Part shown: positions 10,883 to 21,436 of the stretch, piece by piece
How the letters are laid out: the number at the start of each line of letters is the position of its first letter
Numbering within the stretch: the stretch's first letter is position 1
Assembly (NCBI GenBank): GCA_963720825.1
Contig: CAVRGY010000005.1
Coordinates: 1,200-65,199, forward strand
Length of the DNA: 64,000 nt
Source: an uncultured Chloroflexia bacterium
Lineage (GTDB): Bacteria > Chloroflexota > Limnocylindria > Limnocylindrales > CSP1-4
Direction: 5' to 3'
The notes under the pieces: model-generated
Database searches by the model: none
What the model saw: only the letters and a program-made list of their open reading frames with translations
Told to the model about the DNA's origin: nothing
Made by a program: the position numbers and the translations under genes

Positions 10883-12052
10883 ATGCTCGACGTGGCCGCG
10901 CTGATCCTGATCGTGTTCGCCATCATCGCCGGCTTCAGCAGCGGCGCCCTGCCCCAGCTTGGCGGCATCTGCGGCGCGCTGGCCGGTCTGCTCCTAGCCC
11001 TGGCCGCGGCCCCGTGGCTCGTCGACGCGACGCACGGCCTCGAGCCCATCCCCCGGGCGCTGGTCGTCCTGGGCGTGATCATCGGCGCCGTCGCCGTGGG
11101 CGAGGGCGTCGGATCGGCGGTGGGTCACTCCGCCGTCGCGCGGCTCGGACGCGGCGTGATCTCGAAGATGGAACGCGCGGTCGGCGGGATCATCGGGGCC
11201 GCCCAGGCGGTGCTGATCATCTGGCTCGCCGGCGGTCTGCTCGCCGCAGGCCCGATCCCGACGCTGGGTCGCGTCGCGTCGAACTCGGTCGCCGTCCGAA
11301 CGCTCGACGGGTTCCTGCCACCGGCGACCGAGGTCGTGGGCGAGATCGCCGCCGCCCTCGATACCTCGGGATTGCCGGACGTGTTCGTGGGGCTGGAGCC
11401 GATCCCGCAGTCCCCGGTCGCGGTGCCGACCGACGCGCAGACCGCCGCGATCGCCGGTGCGGCCGCGCGCAGCACGGCCATGATCTCGAGCCGCGCGTGC
11501 TCGTCGCTGATCACCGGCACCGGCGCGATCATCGCCCCCGGCTACCTGGTCACCAACGCCCACGTCGTGGCGGGCGCCACCACGATCCGGGCCAGGATCG
11601 GATCGGCCGTCGTCGATGCGACGCCCGTCATGTTCGATCCCGAGTTCGACGTCGCGGTCCTCCACGTCGCCCATCTCGACGGCGCGGCGCTCCGGTTCGC
11701 CAACGTGGATCCGAACCGAGGGCGGGTCGGCGCCGCCCTGGGCTACGCGGGCGGCGGGCCGCTCGTGCTGCTGCCTGCCGCGGTGGCCGGCGACTATTCC
11801 GCCACCGGACGCGACATCTACGGACGCGGCCGGGTCACCCGAGACATCCTGGAGCTCCGCGCGGGCGTTGAGCCGGGCGACTCGGGCGGGCCGTTCATCC
11901 TCGAGGACGGGACGATCGGTGGAATCGTGTTCGCCGAGTCGCGCACCGATCCGCAGGTCGGGTATGCGCTGACGGCGACCAGCGTGGCCGTGCGGATCGC
12001 GCCGGCGTTGAGCCGGACCAGCGAGGTGAGCGTCGGCGACTGCATTCGCTGA
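10883..12052 (+). CDS. CvpA-family membrane domain fused to a trypsin-like (S1C) serine protease, MarP-like
   Basis: Internal ATG of the 497-aa ORF. It reads MLDVAALILIVFAIIAGFSSG (CvpA TM region), then LVTNAHVVAG ... DVAVLHV ... GDSGGPF (His/Asp/Ser triad). Confidence 0.85.
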   Translation: MLDVAALILIVFAIIAGFSSGALPQLGGICGALAGLLLALAAAPWLVDATHGLEPIPRALVVLGVIIGAVAVGEGVGSAVGHSAVARLGRGVISKMERAVGGIIGAAQAVLIIWLAGGLLAAGPIPTLGRVASNSVAVRTLDGFLPPATEVVGEIAAALDTSGLPDVFVGLEPIPQSPVAVPTDAQTAAIAGAAARSTAMISSRACSSLITGTGAIIAPGYLVTNAHVVAGATTIRARIGSAVVDATPVMFDPEFDVAVLHVAHLDGAALRFANVDPNRGRVGAALGYAGGGPLVLLPAAVAGDYSATGRDIYGRGRVTRDILELRAGVEPGDSGGPFILEDGTIGGIVFAESRTDPQVGYALTATSVAVRIAPALSRTSEVSVGDCIR

Positions 12053-12111
12053 GCGCCGCTCGTCACCGCCGCGCAGGGCCACTGAGCGCCGCTCGTCACC
12101 GCCGCGCAGGG
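12049..12111. repeat. perfect 30-nt direct repeat with 33-nt period (2 copies)
   Basis: ctgagcgccgctcgtcaccgccgcgcaggg occurs at 12049-12078 and 12082-12111. Copy 1 contains the stop codon of the protease gene. Confidence 0.9.
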
Positions 12112-12190
12112 TCGCAGCCGCACCACGACTGGTCTCGGCGCCATACTTGGCGTGCACGACCGGCACCCCGAGCACCCCCGCGAGGACCTG

Positions 12191-13954
12191 ATGACCGCCG
12201 ACCGACCGATCCCCTACGGCCGCCCGACCGACCCCGGCAAGCGCCATAGCCACGCCCTGACCGATGGTCCGGACCGGGCCGGCGCCCGCGCCATGCTCAA
12301 GGCCGTCGGGTTCACCGATGACGACCTCGCGCAGCCGATCATCGGCGTGGCCACGACGTGGATCGAGACCATGCCCTGCAACCTCAACCAGCGCCGGCTG
12401 GCCGAGTTCGTGAAAGCCGGGATCCGGGCCGCCGGCGGCACTCCGATGGAGTTCAACACGATCTCCGTCAGCGACGGTGTGTCGATGGGCACCGAGGGGA
12501 TGAAGGCCTCGCTCATCAGCCGCGAGGTCATCGCGGATTCGATCGAGCTGGTCGCGCGCGGTCACCTGTTCGACGGCCTGGTGTGCCTGGTCGGGTGCGA
12601 CAAGACGATCCCGGCCGGAGCGATGGCGCTCGGCCGGCTCGATATCCCCGGCCTCGTCCTCTACAACGGCACGATCATGCCGGGCACGTACAAGGGCAAG
12701 CCGGCGGATGTGGTCACGGTGTTCGAGGCGATCGGTGCCTACCGCGCGGGCAAGATCACGCTCGAGGAGCTGTACGAGGCAGAGAACGGTGCCTGCCCTG
12801 GGGCCGGCGCCTGCGGTGGGCAGTTCACCGCCAACACGATGTCGACGGTGATGGAGTTCCTGGGCCTGTCGCCCGCGGGGCTCAACGGGATCCCGGCCGA
12901 GCACCCGACAAAGGAGGAGGCCGCCCGGCGGGCCGGCGAGCTGGTGATGACGCTCGTCCACCACGACATCCGGCCGTCGCACATCGTCACCCGCAACGCG
13001 CTCGAGAACGCGATCGCCTCCGTGTCCGCCACTGGCGGCAGCACGAACGCGGCGCTCCATCTGCCGGCGATCGCCGCCGACTTCGGGATCGCCCTGACCC
13101 TCGACGACTTCTCGGAGGTCGCCGATCGGACGCCGCTGATCGCCGATATGCGGCCCGGTGGTCGGTACGCGGCGGCCGACATGTACGAGGCGGGCGGGGT
13201 CGCGATCGTGATGCGCGAGCTGCTCAAGCGTGACCTGCTCCACGGCGGCGAGAAGACGGTCGATGGCCGGACGATCGCGAAGATCGCCGCCGACGCCGTC
13301 GAGACGCCGGGCCAGCAGGTCGTTCACCCGATCGAGACCCCGATCAAGGCGACCGGCGGGCACGCAATCCTCAAGGGCAGCCTCGCCCCCGAGGGGTCGA
13401 TCGTGAAGCTCGCCGGCCACGAGCGCCGCTACCACAAGGGTCCCGCGCGGGTGTTCGACTCGGAGACCGAGTGCTTCGCCGCCGTGCGTGAGCGGCGGAT
13501 CCACGAGGGCGACGTCGTGGTCATCCGCTACGAGGGGCCGGTCGGGGGCCCGGGCATGCAGGAGATGCTGAGCGTGACCGGTGCGCTCGTCGGCGAGGGC
13601 CTGGGCGAGAGCGTGGCGCTGCTCACCGACGGCCGGTTCTCCGGCGGCACGCACGGGCTGATGCTCGGGCACGTCGCGCCCGAGGCGGCGGTCGGCGGCC
13701 CGATCGCGCTGGTCGAGGAGGGCGACACCATCGTCGTCGACGTCGACGCGAAGCAGCTGAACCTCGAGGTTCCCGAGGCCGAGCTGGCCGCTCGCCGCGC
13801 GCGCTGGACGCCGCCCGCCCCGCGCTACACGACCGGCGCGATGGCCAAGTACGCGGCGCTCGTCTCGTCGGCGTCGGAAGGCGCGATCACCAGCGGTTCG
13901 CAGCTGCGCCGGGCGCTCGCGACCCAGACCGCCGGCGCCGGGCCGGCGGAGTGA
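12191..13954 (+). CDS. ilvD: dihydroxy-acid dehydratase
   Basis: Reads [46 protein letters not shown] ... [14 protein letters not shown] ... [11 protein letters not shown]. Start chosen at the second Met of the 600-aa ORF. Confidence 0.95.
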   Translation: MTADRPIPYGRPTDPGKRHSHALTDGPDRAGARAMLKAVGFTDDDLAQPIIGVATTWIETMPCNLNQRRLAEFVKAGIRAAGGTPMEFNTISVSDGVSMGTEGMKASLISREVIADSIELVARGHLFDGLVCLVGCDKTIPAGAMALGRLDIPGLVLYNGTIMPGTYKGKPADVVTVFEAIGAYRAGKITLEELYEAENGACPGAGACGGQFTANTMSTVMEFLGLSPAGLNGIPAEHPTKEEAARRAGELVMTLVHHDIRPSHIVTRNALENAIASVSATGGSTNAALHLPAIAADFGIALTLDDFSEVADRTPLIADMRPGGRYAAADMYEAGGVAIVMRELLKRDLLHGGEKTVDGRTIAKIAADAVETPGQQVVHPIETPIKATGGHAILKGSLAPEGSIVKLAGHERRYHKGPARVFDSETECFAAVRERRIHEGDVVVIRYEGPVGGPGMQEMLSVTGALVGEGLGESVALLTDGRFSGGTHGLMLGHVAPEAAVGGPIALVEEGDTIVVDVDAKQLNLEVPEAELAARRARWTPPAPRYTTGAMAKYAALVSSASEGAITSGSQLRRALATQTAGAGPAE

Positions 13955-14860
13955 CGTCGCCGACGCATCCGGGCCTGGTCGGCTTCCGGGTCTCGGCGAC
14001 CGAATCGACCGGGCTCGACTGGTCGCGGATCGACGAGACCTGGGCCCGGGCGGGCGAGCATGCCCGCGCTCTCCGCCGGCTGGATGAGCGACCACCTCTC
14101 CGACGCCAGCCGCGAGCGCAACGGACCCGCCTTCGAGTCGCTGACGATGGCTGCCGCGCTGGCGCATCGGGTCGCCGGCAAGTGGGTGGGCATCGTCGTC
14201 CTGTCCAACACCTTCCGGCACCCCGCCGTGCTGGCCAAGGCCGCGACGGTGCTCGACAACGTGACCCGGGGCCGGTTCATCCTGGGCCTGGGCGCCGGCT
14301 GGCACGAGGGCGAGCACGATGCGTTCGGGATCCCGCTGCCGCCACTGCCCGAACGGTTCGACCGGTACGAGAGTGCGCTCCGGGTGCTGACCGCGCTGTT
14401 CTCGGACGAGGCGCGGACGCCGCCGGGCGTCAGCGCTCGACGATCCCTTCTTCCCGCTCCGCAACGCCACCAACGAGCCGGGCCCGATCCGCCCCGGCGG
14501 CCCCCCGATCTGGCTGGGCGGGTCAGAAGCGACGCGGGATCGCGCTCGCCGCACGCTACGCGGAGGGCTGGCCGATGCCCGGCAATCGACCGGGAGACGT
14601 CGACTACTTCGCAACCAAGCGGGACGAGATCCGGCGAGCGCTGGAGGCGGAGGGCCGGGACCCCGATGCGTTCACGTTCGCGGCCCAGCTTTCGTGCGGA
14701 GTCGACCGCCGGCGTCCCGTCGCGCGGCGCTCGACACCTCGCGCGCGTTCGTCCGCGCCGGCGCCAACCACGTGATCCTCGGCGTGCCCGCCGGGTCCGC
14801 GCCCGATGGGCTGACAGCGGTCGCCAACGAGGTCGCCGAACCATTGGCCGAGTCAGCTGA
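13951..14860 (+). pseudogene. LLM-class (luciferase-like, probably F420-dependent) oxidoreductase, at least 4 frame changes
   Basis: Homology runs through these frame segments in order:
- Frame 1: LVGFRVSATESTGLDWSRIDETWARAGEH
- Frame 2: AGWMSDHLSD..FRHPAVLAKAATVLDNVTRGRFILGLGAGWHEGEHDAFG
- Frame 3: LDDPFFPLRNATNEPGPIRPGGPPIWLGG
- Frame 1: QKRRGIALAARYAEGWPMPGN..
- Frame 3: AFVRAGANHVILGVPAG
The GTG start overlaps the ilvD stop. The 3' end is uncertain. Confidence 0.7.
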
Positions 14861-14885
14861 CGGCCGCTGGAGGTCGCCGGGGCGG

Positions 14886-15843
14886 ATGGCCGGCGAGCTC
14901 CGGACCGTGGTGCGCCGCACGACGACGGCGTCGCTGCGTTCGTTCGCCGACATCGTCAACGCGGTCACGCCCGAGAATCCCGACCTCGGTCGACGAGGCC
15001 CAGTGGGAGGACACGACACTACTCCGGGCGGCGCCAGGTTCCTCGCTGCTCGAGGGCACGCCGGCGGGTGCCGGCTCGGTCGGCCGGATCTGCATGTACC
15101 GAGGCCGACTTCGAGCTGTTCTGGCTAGGCTGGGCGTCCTGCCGGATGCTCGCCGACGGGGCATCGGCACGGCGCTCTCGGGCGGCCGCGTCGCGGGTCG
15201 CCCGCGACGGCGGGCAAGACGGGTTCCAGACCGAGGTCGTCCGAGGCACAGGAGGATGGGGTTGCGGTTCCTCGTCAGCGCGGGTTCATCGATCACGGGA
15301 CGCGACAAGATGGTGAGGCTCGACCTGCGGCGCTGGATCCGCCGGCCCGGTCGATCGGCGCCGGCCGGGATCGAGCCTCGCCACGCTCGCCGAGCAGCCG
15401 GAGCTGGAGCACGGGCGTGCACACCGTGGCCGTCGAGGCCTACCCGGACATCCCGAGCAGCCGACGAGCCCACGAGCCGGCACCCTCGATGCGTTCCTCG
15501 CGCGCGACGTGGACGCGGAGAGCGTGCCGCGCGATGGGTTCATGATCGCGCTCGACGACGCGACGGGCGAGGTCGCGGGGTAGGCGACGCCTGGTCTGTC
15601 GCCGGGCTGCTCGACGCTCGCCTGGCACGACATGACGGCGGTCCGGCCCGCATGGCGCGGCCGCGGGATCGCCACCGCCCTCAAGCGCGCCACGATCGCC
15701 TGGGCGATGGAGCACGGCGTGGAGGGCCTCGAGACCGGCAACGACGAGGAGAATGCCCCGATGCGGGCCATCAACCGGACGCTCGGCTACGCCCCATGCC
15801 GGACCTGCTCGTGATGCAGGGGCCGCTCGCGCCCGAGACCTGA
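14886..15843 (+). pseudogene. two-domain GNAT N-acetyltransferase, severely degraded (many frame changes plus an in-frame TAG)
   Basis: GNAT pieces are scattered over all three frames: GVLPDARRRGIGTAL, VHTVAVEAYPDIPS, GTLDAFLARDVDAESVPRDGFMIALDDATGEVAG-TAG-ATPG..WHDMTAVRPAWRGRGIATALKRATIAWAMEHGVEGLETGNDEENAPMRAINRTLGY, and MPDLLVMQGPLAPET*. The TAG at 15581-15583 sits where GNATs usually have Tyr. Confidence 0.65.
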
Positions 15844-15888
15844 CGCGGCCGGATCGCCGGGTGACCCGACCCGGCATACTTCGGGGCG

Positions 15889-16921
15889 ATGAGCGTCATC
15901 GACCTCAACGGGATCCGGCTCCGCAACCGCCTCGTCACCTCGGCCAGCCTGCTCGGCTACGGCGCGTCGAAGCGCAGGCTGATCCTGTACGGCCTATCCC
16001 CGATCGCCCAGTGGGTGCCGCTCGAGCGGTTCGGTGCCGTGACCACGCGCACGATGACCCTGGGGCCGCGCGAGGGTCACTTCACGCTGCGCGAGGACTG
16101 GGGCGTGACGGCGTTTCCCGAGATGCTCCGCCTGTACGGACGCGCGCTGCGCAGGGTCGACGCCGGCTGGCTCAACGCGTTCGGCTGGTCGAACATCGGG
16201 ATCGAGCGCTACTTCGACGAGTACTTCGCCCGAACGTCGAACCTCAACCGGATCATCTCGGTCGGCGGCTTCAGCGCGGACGAGATCGAGCAGCTGATCG
16301 AGACCGTCAACGAGCATGCGAAGCCGGGCGAGATCGCCGCCGTCGAGCTCAACGCCTCGTGCCACAACGTCAACTTCCCGTTCGGCGAGATCCTCGAGGA
16401 GAGCCTCGATCCGCGCGGTGCCGAGGAGCCGCCACCCGGTGATCCTCAAGGTCTCGCCCGATGAGGACTACCTGTGGCAGGCCAGGCTGGCCGAGCAGTC
16501 CGGGTGCGCCGGCATCACGGCCATCAACACGGTCAAGGGCCTGCGCCTCGACCCCGACGACCGGCGAGCCGTGGCTCAAGAACCGCTTCGGGGCGGTCAG
16601 CGGGCGGGCGATCAAGCCGATCGGGCTGCGCGTGGTCGCCGAGCTGCGCGACGCCGGGATCCGGCTGCCGATCATCGCCAACGGCGGGATCCGCGACTTC
16701 GATGACTGCCGCGAGTACTTCTGGGCGGGCGCCGACGCGGCCAGCCTGGGCAGCGAGGTGTGGCTCAAGCCGATGCCGCTGTACGTGCTCGGACCGCTCG
16801 AGGGATTGCGGGTGCGGCGCCTGATCTCGCGCGTGGCGGCGTACACGCCCCCGGCCGCCGCGCCGCACTGGGCAGCGCGGTCGGTGCGAGTCCCGAGGCC
16901 ACCCCGGTCGGGGGCTCATGA
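15889..16921 (+). pseudogene. dihydroorotate-dehydrogenase-family (class 1-like) flavoenzyme, 2-3 frame changes
   Basis: The frame segments are:
- Frame 1: MSVIDLNGIRLRNRLVTSASLLG...AAVELNASCHNVNFPFG
- Frame 2: HPVILKVSPDEDYLWQARLAEQSGCAGITAINTVKGLRLDP
- Frame 3: FGAVSGRAIKPIGLRVVAELRDAGIRLPIIANGGIRDFDDCREYFWAGADAASLGSEVW
The likely stop overlaps the ansA ATG (ATGA at 16918-16921). Confidence 0.65.
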
Positions 16922-17916
16922 CCCTGCCGCGCGTCGCCGTCATCACCACCGGCGGCACCATCGACTCGCTGGGCGTCGACCGCCTCGACCTGGCCGCCTA
17001 CCTCGAGACGGGGCGCCGCCTGGAGCCGGGCGCGCTCGTCGCCGGCGTCCCGGAGCTCGCGTCGATCGCCACGGTGACCGAGGTCCGGTTCCGACGCGTT
17101 CGTGCGCATGCGATCACGGACGACGACCTGGCCGACCTCCATGCGCTGGTGACCGGCATCCTCGACCGTGGCGACGCCGACGGGATCGTGATAACGCACG
17201 GCACGAACACGCTCGAGGAGACCGCCTGGCTCCTCCACCTCACGGTCGCCGGCGAGGCACCGATCGTCGTCACGGGCGCCATGCGACCCGCCTCCGCGAT
17301 GTCCGGCGACGGCCAGCTCAATCTGCTCAATGCCGTCCGCGTCGCTGCGTCGGCCGAGGCCCGCGGCCTGGGGACGCTCGTGGTGCTGGACGACACGATC
17401 CACGGCGCGCGTGACGTGACCAAGTCGAACACGCTGCGGACCAATGCGTTCAGCGACGGCGCGGCCGGCCCGCTCGGCTGGACCGACAGCGACGGCCGGT
17501 TGGTGCTCGCCCACCGGCCGGGACGCGGCGGCGCGCTGCTCGGCCGGTTCGCCGCGACCGATCTGCGCTCGCTGCCCCGGGTGGACATCGTCGTGTCCTA
17601 CCAGGGGGCGGACGGCGCGCTGGTCGATGCGGCCGTCGCCGCCGGTGCACAGGGCATCGTGAGCTCCGGAACCGGCGCAGGCGCGCCGACCCCTGGCGAG
17701 GTCGAGGCGCTCGAGCGGGCGGCCGCCCGCGGCGTCACGGTGTGCCAGGCGTCGCGCGTGGGCAGCGGCCGCGTCCCGCGGGTTCCCGCCCTGGTCGCGC
17801 GCGGCTGGCTGGCCGCCGACGACCTCCAGCCGTGGAAGGCGCGGGTCCTGCTGCGACTGGGGATGGCCTCGACGCGAGATCCGCACGCCCTGCAGGCGCT
17901 GTTCGACAGCCGATGA
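16918..17916 (+). CDS. ansA: L-asparaginase
   Basis: 332 aa with VAVITTGGTIDS and IVITHGTNTLEETAWLL, the asparaginase/glutaminase motifs. Confidence 0.9.
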   Translation: MTLPRVAVITTGGTIDSLGVDRLDLAAYLETGRRLEPGALVAGVPELASIATVTEVRFRRVRAHAITDDDLADLHALVTGILDRGDADGIVITHGTNTLEETAWLLHLTVAGEAPIVVTGAMRPASAMSGDGQLNLLNAVRVAASAEARGLGTLVVLDDTIHGARDVTKSNTLRTNAFSDGAAGPLGWTDSDGRLVLAHRPGRGGALLGRFAATDLRSLPRVDIVVSYQGADGALVDAAVAAGAQGIVSSGTGAGAPTPGEVEALERAAARGVTVCQASRVGSGRVPRVPALVARGWLAADDLQPWKARVLLRLGMASTRDPHALQALFDSR

Positions 17917-17938
17917 GCCCGAACGGCATGATGGTCCC

Positions 17939-18205
17939 GTGACCGACACCGCTCATCACGACCCTTCGCCGCAGACCCCGCTGCCACCGGACCCGGTCCA
18001 GTACGACGCGGAACGCAACGTCCACGCCCGCAAGCGTGGCCTCCAGCAGCCGTACATCGCCGGCGGGACGGACCCGGAGATCGGCGAGACGCTCCAGCGC
18101 GAGCGCCGCTACCTGCGGATCCTGGTGGCGATGGTGCTTGGCATCGTCGCGCTCGGGTTCGTGCTCGGCATCGCCGGCGCCCTGGTCGGCGTCCCGGTGT
18201 ACTGA
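17939..18205 (+). CDS. small C-terminally anchored membrane protein, unknown function
   Basis: 88 aa with a polar N-terminus and one C-terminal TM helix (ILVAMVLGIVALGFVLGIAGALVGV). Third-position GC is coding-like. Confidence 0.45.
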   Translation: MTDTAHHDPSPQTPLPPDPVQYDAERNVHARKRGLQQPYIAGGTDPEIGETLQRERRYLRILVAMVLGIVALGFVLGIAGALVGVPVY

Positions 18206-18208
18206 CCG

Positions 18209-19632
18209 GTGACCCCGGCCCTGCCGTCGGTTGCCGTGGGCGAGGCCGGATGGTCGGCAGCGCACGCCGAGCTGGTTGCCTTCCTCCGGGACCTGATCCG
18301 GATCCCGTCGATCAACCCGCCCGACCCGCCCGGCCCCGAGCTCGACGCCGCCCGGCGCATCGCGGACGAGCTGCGTCGCGCCGGGCATCGCACCCGAGAT
18401 CATCGAGCCGTTCCCGGGCCGGGGCATCGTCGTCGCGAGGCTTCGGGGCGATGGCACCGGGCGGCGAGCCGCTGCTCCTGCTGTCACACCTCGACGTGGT
18501 CCCGGCCAACCCGGACGGCTGGACGCACGGGCCATTCGATGCGGACATCGCGGACGGCTACCTGTGGGGTCGGGGCGCCGTGGACATGAAGTCGATGGTC
18601 GCGCTCGAGGTCGGGGTGCTGACGCTGCTCGCCCGGCGCGCGACGGACGCGGGCCTGGACCCGGCAACCGATCCAATCCCCGGGCTGCGGCGCGACGTCC
18701 TGTTCGCGTGCACGCCGGACGAGGAGGCCGGCGGTCACCAGGGCGCTGGCTGGCTGGTCGACCATCGGCCGGACACACTGCGCGCGGTCGCGGCCCTCAA
18801 CGAGGCGGGCGGTGTCTCGGCGGAGGTGGCGGGGCGTCGCTTCTACCCGATCCAGGTCGCCGAGAAGGGCTTCGAGGTCTACCGGATCACGGTCCGCGGC
18901 ACCTGGGGCCACGGCTCCATGCCGCGCGAGGACAATGCCGCGGTCATGGCCGCCCAGGCGGTGACCCTGCTCGCGCGGCCCGGCGAGCCGCGCGTCACGG
19001 GCCCGATCCGGCGGCTGCTCGACGAGGTCGCCGCCGCGCTGCCGCCGTCCGAGGCGGCGCTGGTCGCGGCGATCGGCGGTGACGATCCGCGTCGGAGCGA
19101 CGCCGCGCTTCGCGCGATGTGCGATCCGATGTACGCGCGAGCGCTGCGCGCGCTGCTGCGCGACACGATCAGCCCCGACGTGATCCACAGCGGGATCAAG
19201 TACAACGTGATCCCCGGCGAGGCGGTCATCGAGATCGACTGCCGGACCCTGCCCGGCACCACCGAGGGCGACGTGCGCGAGGAGGTCATCTCGCGACTCG
19301 GCGACCTTGCCCCGTATTGCACCGTCGAGCACACGATCGGCGCCGTCCCCGTCGAGGCACGGGCGGACGGCGAGCTGTACGACCTGCTCGCCGCGACGAT
19401 CCGGGCGCACGACCCCGACGGGATCCCGGTTCCCGCGCTTGCCCCGTTCGCCACCGATGCCAAGCACCTCGTCCGGCTCGGCGTGCCGGCGTACGGGTTC
19501 TCACCGCTGCGCCTCGACCCGGAGGAGCGGTTCCTCGAGCGGTTCCACGGCGTCGACGAACGCGTCGGCCTGAACGCGCTGCGCTGGGGCCTGCCCGTGC
19601 TCTACGACGTGGTCGCGACGTTCTGCGGGTGA
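18209..19632 (+). pseudogene. M20-family metallopeptidase (dipeptidase/deacylase-like) with two +1 frame changes near the N-terminus
   Basis: The frame segments are:
- Frame 2: AELVAFLRDLIRIPSINPPDPPGPELDAARRIADELRRAG
- Frame 3: IAPEIIEPFPGRGIVVARLRGDGTG
- Frame 1: GEPLLLLSHLDVVPA...GRGAVDMKS...DEEAGG... to the end
Both shifts lie at GGG runs (18383-18385 and 18459-18461). Confidence 0.8.
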
Positions 19633-19642
19633 CCGCTCGCGC

Positions 19643-19846
19643 TCAGGTTCGGTTGTCGCCGGGGAGGACGGTGATGCTCTCCGGGCACGATCTGCAACGG
19701 AAGATCCGGTGCTTCGCCCAGCTCCGCTCCTCGTCGCGGTCGGCGGGATTCGGGTGCTCGTGGTCCTCGACCAGCTCGGACCAGGTGCCGTCGGCGTGGC
19801 GGTGCTGAAGCTTCAGGTCCGCCTCGAGCATGTGCTGCTGTTCCAT
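19643..19846 (-). CDS. small conserved-looking hypothetical protein (67 aa)
   Basis: MEQQHMLEADLKLQHRHADGTWSELVEDHEHPNPADRDEERSWAKHRIFRCRSCPESITV. GAGGAG lies 8 nt upstream of the ATG. Confidence 0.5.
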   Translation of the reverse strand: MEQQHMLEADLKLQHRHADGTWSELVEDHEHPNPADRDEERSWAKHRIFRCRSCPESITVLPGDNRT

Positions 19847-19968
19847 CGGTGTCTCCTCGGACAGGGTGTCGTGCCCTGGGTCGGTGCCCCATTGTCCACG
19901 GAGGCGCAAGCGCCGGGCCCGGTCGTCGTCGGGCCGGTCGCCGCGGGCCGTCTCCCGGCCGGTCGCCG

Positions 19969-20559
19969 CTACCGGGCGTCGAGGGGCGCGGTGTCGTCCG
20001 GTCCCGAGGCCACGCCCGTGCGTTCCCAGTCCGCGTACCGCGCCACCACGCCGTCATCGTCGACGATCAGCTCCGCCTCGAACGTCCCGCTCGCATATCG
20101 ATACGTGAGCTCGTCCAATCGGGAGTAGGTCTGGGCGGCCTTCTCCACTGACAGCTCGGGAAAGCGGACCCACGCTGCCTGGATCGTCTTCGACCGTCCG
20201 ACGCCGAGGCGGAGCCGTCGGATGGGCAGCGTGTTGGTCGACGGGCTGCAGCCCAGGTCGACATCGATGCAGCCCTTGAGCGCGCGGGCGGCCGCGCCGT
20301 TGACGGACCAGTTGCCCTTCGCATCCCGGTCCAGCGTGAGCGTCCGCTGGGCAAACCCACGCAGGTCGCGGACATGGACGGCCGTGGTTTCTCCGGTGGC
20401 GCCGACGAGGACCCGGTACTCGATCCGGATCGGGACACCGCGCTCGGCCCCCATCACCGTGCCGACGAGGGACAGCCCTTCGTTCCGGAACGTGATCGTG
20501 CAATGCTCGTCCGCCCGGATCTCGTCCGAGCGGCGCCAGGACACGCGTCGGGTGCTCAT
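19969..20559 (-). CDS. putative glycolipid-binding-domain family protein
   Basis: Internal ATG of the 319-aa ORF. LKGCIDVDLGCSPSTNTLPIRRLRL and YRYASGTFEAELIVDDDGVV resemble that family as I remember it. Confidence 0.6.
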   Translation of the reverse strand: MSTRRVSWRRSDEIRADEHCTITFRNEGLSLVGTVMGAERGVPIRIEYRVLVGATGETTAVHVRDLRGFAQRTLTLDRDAKGNWSVNGAAARALKGCIDVDLGCSPSTNTLPIRRLRLGVGRSKTIQAAWVRFPELSVEKAAQTYSRLDELTYRYASGTFEAELIVDDDGVVARYADWERTGVASGPDDTAPLDAR

Positions 20560-20677
20560 GCTCCCGAGCGTGCGCGCGAGCCGGGGCCGTGTCAATCGGT
20601 CGCCGGTTCGCCGCCGTCCCGAGCGCCCGCGCCGGGTAATCAACCGCCCCGAGCCGTCCGCGGCGCACGAGCTCGCG

Positions 20678-21334
20678 TCAGCCACCACCGCGGACCAGGC
20701 GCCCCCGGCGCGAGATCGCATGCGTCGCCAGCGCGGCAACGCCCATGGCCACCAGCGCGCGCTCGCTGCGTGGCATCGGGCGAACGGCCGACAGGAACTG
20801 CTCCGCGCGGGCGCGGTCGACCATCCGCAGGACCGCCTGGCCGCGCGGCGTGAGCCACACCGAACGGAGTCGAGCGTCATCCTCCTCGCGACGACGCTCC
20901 ACGAGCCGCCGCTTGACCAGCCCGTCAACCAGCCGCGACGTCGCGGACGGCGACCGCCCGATCGCCTCCGCCAGATCGGCGACCGTGGTGGTGGCGCCCT
21001 CCGCGAGCACGTACAGGGCCGCCAGCTGCGTGAACCCGAGGTTGAGCTCGCCCAGCTGGTAGGCGAACCCGACGACGAGCTCGCGCCACAGCGCCCTGCC
21101 CATTGCGACCCGCTCGGAGATCTGGCGGACGTTCTGGATCCGCATGCCGGCCGCGACGACCGGTGCCGAGAGGTCCGCCTCGAACACGCGCGCGATGACC
21201 CGGCTGGGGGCTCCGCGCCGGCGCGACCGGAGAAGCGCCTCGGGCAGCTCCGGGCCGGCGGCGGGATCGCTCGGGCGAACGCGGTACCGGCGAGCGCGGA
21301 TCGGCGGGGCTGGCTTGTCCGACGGCTCGCTCAC
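20678..21334 (-). CDS. MarR-family transcriptional regulator, divergent from fabD
   Basis: It is the C-terminal end of a spurious 1389-aa ORF. It reads LNLGFTQLAALYVLAEGATTTVADLAEAIGRSPSATSRLVDGLVKRRLVERRREEDDARLRSVWLTPRG (winged HTH). The start is GTG 21334 (coding-like GC3) or ATG 21145. Confidence 0.8.
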   Translation of the reverse strand: MSEPSDKPAPPIRARRYRVRPSDPAAGPELPEALLRSRRRGAPSRVIARVFEADLSAPVVAAGMRIQNVRQISERVAMGRALWRELVVGFAYQLGELNLGFTQLAALYVLAEGATTTVADLAEAIGRSPSATSRLVDGLVKRRLVERRREEDDARLRSVWLTPRGQAVLRMVDRARAEQFLSAVRPMPRSERALVAMGVAALATHAISRRGRLVRGGG

Positions 21335-21436
21335 GACGTGAATCTCACCGCCTGAGCGTACGATCGGCTCGAGAATCCTGCAAGCGTGCATGGACTTACG
21401 AGGAATCGCCGCGGACCCGGCGTACGCTCCGATCCG

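Noticed and set aside
10994-14614. Very long antisense ORFs: 1206 aa at 10994-14614, 1389 aa at 20678-24847 and 866 aa at 55431-58031, plus many 100-600 aa ORFs rich in Arg/Pro/Gly/Ala.
   Set aside because: They run opposite to, or out of frame with, genes carrying clear family motifs (ilvD, fabD/KAS, ctaG and others). Their composition is typical of non-coding frames in very GC-rich DNA, where stop codons are rare. Only their short terminal segments (the MarR and YHS genes) are real.
16461-17414. 317-aa ORF that overlaps ansA.
   Set aside because: Only its first roughly 130 codons carry DHOD-family motifs. Beyond about 16850 it becomes an Arg/His/Pro-rich out-of-frame reading of the asparaginase gene.
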